Part shown: in pieces, positions 1 through 6,651 of the stretch | How positions within the stretch are numbered: position 1 is the first letter of the stretch | Layout: each line of letters opens with the position of its first letter | Assembly (NCBI RefSeq): GCF_006345805.1 | Contig: NW_021827742.1 | Coordinates: forward strand, 1 to 9,987 | DNA: 9,987 bases | Source: Octopus sinensis | Lineage: Eukaryota | Direction of reading: 5' to 3' | Program-made: the position numbers and the translations under genes | Notes under the pieces: model-generated | Told to the model about the DNA's origin: nothing | Database searches by the model: none | The model's input: the letters and a program-made list of their open reading frames with translations, nothing else

Positions 1-49
1 CCCAGCTACCCTAATGAGAAAAGAGAAGGGGAACTGAAATTAGTGCTGG

Positions 50-396
50 ACAGGTACTATACTTCATCCATCACGAAGGAAAGTTGTTTGTTCCTATGCG
101 TGGCTCATAAGGGCTGTTTTCCCGGTTTCATTGGCGTATAGGTTCCCCACCAGGACAGGACGCCGGTCCCTCTCAGGTGAGCTGCTAGATACAGGAGGAG
201 AGTGTGAGAGAAAGTTGTAGCGAAAGAGTTAGTAGAAGTTTGCCATTACCTTCTGCCGGAGCCGCGTGGAGCTTAGGTGTTTCGCTCATAAATACACACA
301 TCGCCCGGTCTGAGATTCGAACCCGCAATCCCTCGACCGCAAGTCCGCTGCTCTAACAACTAGGCTATGTGCCTGCTCACGAAGGAATGAAAGGTG
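50..396 (-). mobile_element. Older degraded SINE 3' fragment split by the 82-376 insertion
   Basis: Removing the insert and one TSD gives caggtactatacttcatccatcacgaaggaatgaaagg. This resembles the reverse complement of the SINE 3' segment at about 1890-1924 (gtacttaattatcgaccccgaaatggaaag). Similarity judged by eye. Confidence 0.4.
82..376 (-). mobile_element. Full-length tRNA-derived SINE with 11-bp TSD and (AAAC)n-type tail
   Basis: The minus strand starts GGCACA-TAGCCTAGTTGTTAGAGC (A box, + 351-367) and has GGTTCGAATCT (B box, + 313-323). Tail aacaaacaac is at + 83-92. An exact direct repeat TCACGAAGGAA flanks it at 71-81 and 377-387. Confidence 0.9.
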
Positions 397-437
397 TATA
401 TCATTACAGCAGGATAAGGGCTCAGAGCACTGAATAT

Positions 438-604
438 CGGTTCGGCAAAAGAGACCGATAGAATAAGTACCTGGCTTTAAAAAAAGGTACTGGAATCGAT
501 TCGTTCAGCTAAAAAAAAAAAAAAAAAGAAATACTTCAAGGTAGTGTCCCAGCATGGCCGCAGTCTAATAACTGAAACAATTCAAAGAATGAAAGATAAA
601 AGAT
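438..604 (+). mobile_element. 5'-truncated SINE 3' module, same family tail as 5079-5472
   Basis: 438-470 (cggttcggcaaaagagaccgatagaataagtac) is the exact reverse complement of 5183-5215. ccagcatggccgcagtc and actgaaac are also shared. Internal poly-A expansion and A-rich tail. Confidence 0.85.
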
Positions 605-748
605 TGTCTGTTCTAAGACAAATATATTTTATTACAAAGACTTCATTCCCTCTTTCCATTTCAGTATAGCTTTTGCTGAGTATATTAGAAAACAGCTATG
701 ATTGATAGCTTACAGTAATCAAACATAATTCTCCTGGCTTAATATACG

Positions 749-1087
749 TGAAGGCGCGTGGCTCAGTGGTTAGAGCGTCGAGCTTACGATCGTGAGGTTG
801 TGAGCTCGAATTCCGGACCGGGCTGCGTGTTGTGTTCTTGAGCAAGACACTTTATTTCACGTTGCTCCAGTTCACTCACCTGTAGAAATGAGTTGCGACG
901 TCACAGGTGCCAAGCTGTATCGGCCCTTGCCTTTCCCTTGGACAACATCGGTGACGTGGAGAGGGGAGGCCGGTATGCATGGGCGACTGCTGGTCTTCCA
1001 TGAAACAACCTTGCCCAGACTTGTGCCTCAGAGAGTAACTCTCTAGGTGCAAACCCATGGTCAGTGTCTGACCGAAGGGGGTCATCA
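749..1087 (+). mobile_element. Full-length tRNA-derived SINE with CORE-like central segment and 9-bp TSD
   Basis: GGCGCG-TGGCTCAGTGG A box (759-769), degenerate B box GCTCGAATTCC (804-814), central gtgttcttgagcaagacactt motif and (TCA)n tail. Exact TSD TAATATACG at 740-748 and 1088-1096. Confidence 0.9.
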
Positions 1088-1161
1088 TAATATACGGCCA
1101 AAATTACCAATACAAACAATGGCCCACAATTGCTAGAATTTATGGAGCGTCGAACAAAATG

Positions 1162-1209
1162 TCTTGCGGTACTTAAATCCATTATCTTGCGGTACTTAAA
1201 TCCATTATC
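1162..1209. repeat. Perfect 23-bp tandem duplication
   Basis: tcttgcggtacttaaatccatta occurs at 1162-1184 and 1185-1207, followed by tc. Confidence 0.95.
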
Positions 1210-1257
1210 GCCCCTTCACGTACATTCTGCCTTCTAATCCAGCCAGTGTCAATTTTA

Positions 1258-1350
1258 GGCGGCGAATTGGCAGAGTCGTTAGAGTATCGGATAGAAAAGC
1301 CTCGCGGTATTTACCTTGGCTCTCTGTAATTTGAGTTCAAATCTATCGAC
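1258..1350 (+). mobile_element. Degraded tRNA-derived SINE head, relative of the 1792-1960 family
   Basis: ggcggcgaattggcagagtcgttag...gcggtattt...tgagttcaaat is colinear with ggcggcgagctggcagaaacgttag...gcggtattt...tgagttcaaat at 1793-1873. Confidence 0.8.
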
Positions 1351-1423
1351 TACAGAGTTCTGTTTCTTTTTTTTTTTTTCGAAGTCGATGAATAAAACAC
1401 TAGCCGAGTACTGCAATCGGTTT

Positions 1424-1466
1424 TTCTTCTTCTTCTTCTTCTTCTTCTTCTTCTTCTTCTTCTTTC
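1424..1466. repeat. (TTC)n microsatellite
   Basis: About 14 pure TTC units. Confidence 0.95.
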
Positions 1467-1639
1467 ACTCTGGAAGAAATCGGTCGTAATTGGACATGGA
1501 GAGAGAAAGACTCTCTCAGATTTAAAATGTCCTAGACTCGCCGTATGCCGCGACAGTGCTTCTCCTTTCCCCTTCATGACACGAGGTTCTCGAGAAGAAA
1601 GGAAAGGTTAACTTACAGTTATGTTGACGGAAACGTCTA

Positions 1640-2000
1640 AGTGTTAGCTAAACTGCTCGAAATGATAGCCAAACCACATTCAAATCATATTCTCCAATCC
1701 ATTTAAAAAGAAGACACCGGTTAAACGTTGTCTGAAAGACACTCTGAATTAAAGACGGTTTGATCACGGCTGGGGTATCTTTCGATTAGGAGGGCGGCGA
1801 GCTGGCAGAAACGTTAGCACGCCAGGCGAAATACTTAGCGGTATTTCGTCTGCCGTTACGTTGTGAGTTCAAATTCCGCCGAGGTCGACTTTGTCTTTCC
1901 ATTTCGGGGTCGATAATTAAGTACTCTAGGTTTACCCTTGTTGGTTAATAAGCTGCATTAGGTATCCTTTCGATTAGGATAGCAGTGAAGCTAAGCAACG
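1640..2000 (+). mobile_element. Old retroelement 3' fragment that hosts the 1792-1960 SINE
   Basis: aaagacggtttgatcacggctgg (about 1751-1773) matches the reverse complement of about 3675-3698 (aaaagatgtatgatcacggttgg). Similarity resumes after the insert (gctaagcaac vs gctaaacag). A further related fragment (ctgctagaaatag) lies near 2101. Confidence 0.4.
1792..1960 (+). mobile_element. tRNA-derived SINE, 3'-truncated, with near-perfect 18/19-bp flanking duplication
   Basis: Head GGCGGCGAGCTGGCAGAAACG with B box GAGTTCAAATTCC (about 1865-1877), then gtcgataattaagtac. Flanks are ggtatctttcgattagga (1774-1791) and ggtatcctttcgattagga (1961-1979). Confidence 0.88.
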
Positions 2001-2262
2001 ACGAGGTTGATGATGATGACGGCGGAGACGACGTCGACGACGATGTCAACGGCGACGTCTTGTCCTCGCAAATTAGGGAACATTTATATGGTCGCTCAGT
2101 CTGCTAGAAATAGTAACTAAATCACAGTGTTTTCAACACATATTTTGTCAATATTCTTTCTATGCTCTTAAGACGAAGGTGGAAGGGGAAGATATTTGTG
2201 CAACTGTATCGAGTGGCCATCCCTCCGAAAAGCAGAAAACAAAAGCAAAGACCAGAGAAAGT

Positions 2263-2263
<1 letters not shown>

Positions 2264-2302
<39 letters not shown>

Positions 2303-2320
2303 TGAGAGGGGAGAGGGAGA
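2264..2320. repeat. (GA)n microsatellite and purine-rich extension
   Basis: Pure GA run at 2264-2297. Confidence 0.95.
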
Positions 2321-2708
2321 ACGAAACAAATACCAACTGTGAAACCTCAAAAGAAGACAATATTTTGGTATTGAGTGAGCCATCAAATAACAAGTCTTTT
2401 GAAACAAAACTATTTAAGAATTTAAGAAGTGATGCAATATGTTAGCTAAGCCTTCTAACCTTCAGCAACATTGATCAATACAAATAGGGTATCAACTACA
2501 AATAGCTGTAAATTGTCTACTTAAAAAAAAAAAAAAAACCGATGCAAGAAAGATCAATAACTTCAAAATCTCTTGCTATATACAGACAGAGGCGATTTAC
2601 AAAAAAAAAAAAATCTGAAAAACCAAAATATATATATTTTCGGAATTAGTCTAATGTTAAAAAAAAAGACAATGGCAAAAAACTTCATAAAATTTTAAAA
2701 TAAAACCC

Positions 2709-2850
2709 AGAGCGTCTGCCTTTGACAAGGCCAGGGAAGGCCGAAATCAGGTGATCTGGTAGTATCGGCGGTGACGTGTCGGGTGATTTACATCTCCGTT
2801 TGCGCACCGAAAGCCAATGTCAGAGTTTCTCCCATGGTAACTACCGCCGT
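2709..2850. promoter_or_regulatory. CpG-rich promoter-like patch
   Basis: About 11 CpGs in 140 bp between poly-A/T tracts. Contains TGACGT (2772-2777), TGCGCA (2801-2806), CCAAT (2814-2818) and CCATGGTAAC (2832-2841). Motifs only, with no transcript evidence. Confidence 0.35.
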
Positions 2851-3070
2851 ATCCTGTGTTCTGACACAGCTTTCACTTTTAAATGTGGATAAATATTACC
2901 TTGTAGTATTAATATTGATTCTGTCGCTAACAATAGTTTTTTTTTAAAAAAAAAAAAAAAAAGAAATAGTGTTAAGTTCCCGCAGTTGCTGATTACATTG
3001 ATTGGCTGAATGATTTTTTAATTTTTTCTTTCTTTCTTTCTCATAATTCTATCAAGAGTTTTATAGAGGA

Positions 3071-3470
3071 CTAGCAGTATCGCCCGGCGTTGCTCGGGTT
3101 TGTAAGGGAAATAACTATATAAGCATTTTTAGAGATGTAAAGTATAATAGCCATCTCAATATGGCTAACCACAAAGGGGGGTGCTACTGTAGCTTTTTAC
3201 GTTCTGAGATTTAATAATTCATTTTTAGAGAGTTACTTCCCTTATATAATAGCAAAAAAAATGCATTAAAAATGGGAAAAAATGATGGTAAATTTTTTAA
3301 AATTTTTATCGTAGACTCATCGTAGACGCGCGCTAATACCCAGAAGGGCTCGATATGAATCACGACTATAAGATACCCGCTTTTGGTTAAACTACACCGC
3401 AAAATGTGGGAGTAGTTAGGAATCTAAATCGTAGGAGACAGATACACAACTTCACTTTTATATATAAAGA
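3071..3470 (-). mobile_element. Non-autonomous Helitron, 400 bp
   Basis: The minus strand reads A|TCTTTATATATAAAAG...CCCGAGCAACGCCGGG-8 nt-CTAG|T. This gives 5' TC, 3' CTAG, a GC-rich subterminal hairpin (+ 3083-3098), insertion between A and T and no TSD, all canonical Helitron hallmarks. Confidence 0.88.
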
Positions 3471-3564
3471 TTACAGGTGATAATGTTGGGGACGTTATGC
3501 AAAGTCCATTGGAGACAGATAAATAACTAAATGGTGATAGGACGGAATTTCTGGATCATTTACT

Positions 3565-3697
3565 GTTTTAAAGTTGTTATTGGTGTTGTAGTTGCTGTTT
3601 TGTTGGTGTTGTTGTTGCAATTCTGTTTAGCCTTAGATTTGAACTGTTTAAGTAGAATGACGATCAAAGACATTCCAACCGTGATCATACATCTTTT

Positions 3698-3698
<1 letters not shown>
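3565..3698 (-). mobile_element. Old retroelement 3' fragment with degenerate (AAC)n tail
   Basis: Inverted homolog of about 1751-2000. The (GTT)n-like run at 3565-3617 is a tail on the minus strand. Confidence 0.4.
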
Positions 3699-3746
<48 letters not shown>

Positions 3747-3807
3747 CATATTGTTCAAAGGTACAAAAAACAAAAGACTGAGACAGGCTAGGCGTGTTAG
3801 TCTGACG

Positions 3808-3846
<39 letters not shown>

Positions 3847-3933
3847 CATACACACACACACAAATACACACACACATAGTGCAAATGTACAAAAAACAAA
3901 AGACTGAGACAGGCTATGTGTGTTAGTCTGACG

Positions 3934-4000
<67 letters not shown>

Positions 4001-4074
4001 AACACACACACACATATTGTTCAAAAGTACAAAAAACAAAAGACTGAGACAGGCTCGGTGTGTTAGTCTGACGC
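3699..4074. repeat. Composite minisatellite of three 58-60-bp cores separated by (CA)n tracts
   Basis: Cores at 3749-3808, 3877-3934 and 4015-4074 share gtacaaaaaacaaaagactgagacaggct and tgttagtctgacgc. Periods are 128 and 138 bp. Confidence 0.95.
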
Positions 4075-4345
4075 TCATGAAAAATGGAAAAGTCCTTGAC
4101 GTTTCGATCCTAAGCTTTTCGATAGAAAGGAATGAAGAAAGAAAGCGGAAAGAGGAAAATAAAAAAAATGTGTATCTGGATTACCGGCTAGAAAAAAAAT
4201 CAAGAACAAACGATGAATTAAGAAAAAAAAACCCCAACGAACGTCCAGGAGACGTTTACTATGAGTTTTATTAGTTCTACGGTCGGAGGAAAATAGTTTT
4301 AAAGTTTATAAGAGCAAAAGCATGACGTTTCGGGCAGAGATCATT
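4015..4345 (-). mobile_element. Short Penelope-terminus/retrozyme-like element with degenerate hammerhead motif; 5' boundary uncertain
   Basis: The minus strand has a pyrimidine-rich leader, then CTATCGA-AAAGC-TTAG-GATC-GAAACGTC (+ 4098-4125), then ...tttttc-atgagcgtc-agactaac...ttgttttttgtacttt and (TG)n. The layout parallels 5567-5776. Confidence 0.55.
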
Positions 4346-4387
4346 ACCGTGGCAAACAATAGATACTTAATTAAATACCAGTATTAA

Positions 4388-4608
4388 CTCTTTCATGACT
4401 GTATTTATTTTGAGATGCTTTGTGTTTCTTTCAGTTACTTTAAATATAACAAAGACTTTAGTAAAATAACTTAGTCATCATTCAGCTAGTGTTAGGAACA
4501 TAAATTGTGACTAAGGCTTGATGGGAGATTTTAATTCAAAACTTATGAAAACAAGACATTAGTACTACAGAACCAGAGCCGGTTTCAGCCGGGTTGGTAA
4601 TGAAAGGA
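4388..4608. mobile_element. piggyBac-type MITE, 221 bp, TTAA TSD
   Basis: TTAA at 4384-4387 and 4609-4612. Left end ctctttcatgac vs reverse-complemented right end tcctttcattac match at 9/12. Each is one change from the CCC start typical of piggyBac TIRs. Confidence 0.75.
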
Positions 4609-4716
4609 TTAAATGTTTGAACTACTGTGGATCTTTACTAGGGTTTTTTTATAAGCGGGACTTAAACCTGTACATTAATCTCCAATAAAACATTTTATAC
4701 ATTACATGCCCATAAA

Positions 4717-4896
4717 ATGCCTCGTAGATCTTATTCAACTATGTTTAAACATGGAGTTATATCATATGCTGAAGAGCATGGTAATAGGGCCCACGGAAGA
4801 AAATTTGATGCTGACGAAAGCAATGTCAGGTTATGGAGAAGAAATAAAGAGGAAATTAAACAGATGCCAAAGATAAAGAAGGCAAGAAGGCAATAA
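4717..4896 (+). pseudogene. Truncated pogo transposase N-terminus (Brinker-type HTH DNA-binding domain), 59 aa, missing from the ORF track
   Basis: MPRRSYSTMFKHGVISYAEEHGNRAHGRKFDADESNVRLWRRNKEEIKQMPKIKKARRQ* fits the RRSY..FK..VI.YAE.HGNRA.GRKF...E.NVR.WR pattern of POGK-like transposases. No CENP-B HTH or DDE domain follows. Confidence 0.85.
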
Positions 4897-5070
4897 TAAA
4901 GAACGTTACCGTATACATATTTACAAACCAAGGACGTTATATTGACCCCCTTGACTCATGTTAGAGAAGAGCTGCGTATTATACACAATGTTTAGGTTTT
5001 TCAGAGGTACAGCCCCCTAAATATCCCCTGCGATTATACTCAAGGGTGGACTATACTCGAGGATTTACGG
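4717..5070 (+). mobile_element. Internally deleted pogo-superfamily (Passer/Tc2-like) DNA transposon; right TIR present, left TIR not found
   Basis: Ends ...gcgattatactcaagggtggactatactcgaggatttacgg|TA, a CCGTA-type TIR with two TATACTC boxes (5035-5041, 5052-5058). An HTH ORF lies upstream. Confidence 0.8.
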
Positions 5071-5078
5071 TATATATA

Positions 5079-5472
5079 TTCTCTTATTCTTTTATTCGTT
5101 TCAGTCACTTTGACTGCGGCCATGCTGGAGAACTGCCTTTAGTCGAGCAAATCGGCCCCAGGACCTATTCTTTGTAAGCCTAGTACTTATTCTATCGGTC
5201 TCTTTTGCCGAACCGCTAAGTTACGGGGACGTAAACACACCAGCATCGATGTCAAGCGATGTTGGGGGACACACACACAGACAAACATATACACACACAC
5301 ACACACATACGACGAGCTTCTTTTAGCTTCCGTCTACCAAATCCGCTTACAAAGCTTTGGTCGGCCCGAGACTATAGTAGAAGACACTTGCCCAAGGTGC
5401 CACGCAGTGGGACTGAACTTGGAACCATGTGGTTGGTAAGCAATGTACTTACCACACAGCCACTCCTGCGCC
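5079..5472 (-). mobile_element. Full-length tRNA-derived CORE-like SINE with internal (TG)n tract
   Basis: Minus strand: GGCGCAGGAG-TGGCTGTGTGG (A box), AGTTCAGTCCC (degenerate B box), ggcaccttgggcaagtgtctt (CORE-like), a microsatellite at about 5269-5310, and the 3' module shared with 438-604. No TSD seen. Confidence 0.9.
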
Positions 5473-5509
5473 TGTCCCCTCTATGTTTAGCCTCTTGTGG
5501 GCAATAAAG

Positions 5510-5510
<1 letters not shown>

Positions 5511-5559
<49 letters not shown>

Positions 5560-5566
5560 TATATAT
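5511..5566. repeat. (TA)n microsatellite
   Basis: Near-pure TA run. Confidence 0.95.
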
Positions 5567-5776
5567 GTGACCGCGTGTGTACCGCTGGCGATTTTTTTCC
5601 CCCTGTCTTCCCTTCTCTGGATCTTTCCGTCTCCTTTGTTACCGACGAAGAGCTCCGTTCGAAACGTTTTTAACCCTTACCTCCTTTCCTTCTTTCCTGA
5701 GCGTCCAATAATATAATATTTGTTCCACGTCCTCGCGTTGTTGTTTTTTTTTGTGCTTTCATGTTTGGATTAACTA
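5567..5776 (+). mobile_element. Short Penelope-terminus/retrozyme-like element between microsatellites
   Basis: Pyrimidine-rich leader, hammerhead-like core at 5642-5668, then ttcc...tttcctgagcgtc...ttgttttttttgtgcttt, flanked by (TA)n and (TG)n. Confidence 0.6.
5642..5668 (+). ncRNA. Minimal type-I hammerhead ribozyme motif, probably inactivated (CUGA to CCGA)
   Basis: C-C-GA-C-GA, A, stem II GAGC/GUUC around a UCC loop, GAAA, a palindromic ACGU stem III (dimer type) and a GUU triplet. Confidence 0.55.
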
Positions 5777-5864
5777 TGTGCGTGTTTGTGTGTGTGTGCG
5801 TGTGTATGTGTGTGTATGTGTGTATATGTATATATGTAAATATGTAGATACTTGCAAAAAATAC

Positions 5865-5923
<59 letters not shown>

Positions 5924-5957
5924 GAGAGATATAGAGAGGGAGAGTGACTCGAACGAA

Positions 5958-6004
<47 letters not shown>

Positions 6005-6172
6005 AATCGCCAACGGTACACACGAGGTCACATTTTAAAATATATATATATATATACCTTTGTTCTAATCTATCTCTCTCTCTGTATTTTCTGCATGTAT
6101 CTACATACATACATACATACATACATACATACATACATACATACATACATACATACATACATACATACATAC
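5777..6172. repeat. Compound microsatellite block: (TG)n, (GA)n, (TA)n, (TACA)n
   Basis: TG/TA about 5777-5835, GA about 5866-5942, TA about 5961-6006 and 6039-6056, TACA about 6102-6172. Confidence 0.95.
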
Positions 6173-6463
6173 ATGTGTTTATACGTACGTTCAGAGGCAA
6201 AGAACTATAAGAGGATGTAGTATTCTCGCCATGTTGCTGTTCCAGAGTCAAAATAATATTATGTTAGAAATGTTATCCCGTTAAAGGTGGAGGTCTAGTT
6301 TTAATCTCAATGTGTGTGAAATGTTCCGCGCTGAGAAATAGGTCAATTTCGGGGGAATAGATACATAGACTCCCGCTTTGACTTAATGATGCTAAAACAT
6401 ACATCTTCTGGCTTTCCACTTTATTTCTGCGCGTATGTTTGTATCCTTGTATGATGTATCCCT

Positions 6464-6507
6464 GTGTGTGTCTGTGTGTGTGTGTGCAAGGGTGTCAGTA
6501 CACGGTT

Positions 6508-6544
<37 letters not shown>

Positions 6545-6606
6545 TGTGATTGTTGTTGCGTGATAGATAGGTAGATAGACATAGTAGCACAAATACACAA
6601 ACAGAC

Positions 6607-6651
<45 letters not shown>

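Noticed and set aside
753-820. tRNA gene (also the heads at 305-373, 1793-1880 and 5400-5472)
   Set aside because: No convincing full cloverleaf, and each continues into a SINE body. Three have TSDs.
876-1182. Two minus-strand ORFs of 70 and 93 aa
   Set aside because: They lie mostly within the TSD-bounded SINE and show no recognisable domain.
1600-1640. GAAACGTC at about 1631-1638 as a further hammerhead
   Set aside because: No CUGANGA-like box at a suitable distance upstream.
1998-2060. Acidic peptide DEVDDDDGGDDVDDD
   Set aside because: A degenerate (GAC/GAT)n repeat with nearby stops and no exon signals.
3531-4013. ORFs rich in CV or HT dipeptides
   Set aside because: They are translations of (CA)n/(TG)n tracts and minisatellite cores.
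3699-4074. CRISPR-like repeat-spacer appearance
   Set aside because: The spacers are (CA)n microsatellite, cores are about 60 bp and divergent, there are no cas genes, and the context is eukaryotic.
4017-4274. 85-aa lysine/arginine-rich ORF
   Set aside because: Antisense of the pyrimidine-rich ribozyme-like element; the composition explains the open frame.
4906-4920. taccgtata as the pogo left TIR
   Set aside because: It matches only about 8 bp of the right TIR, lacks the TATACTC boxes and lies downstream of the HTH ORF.
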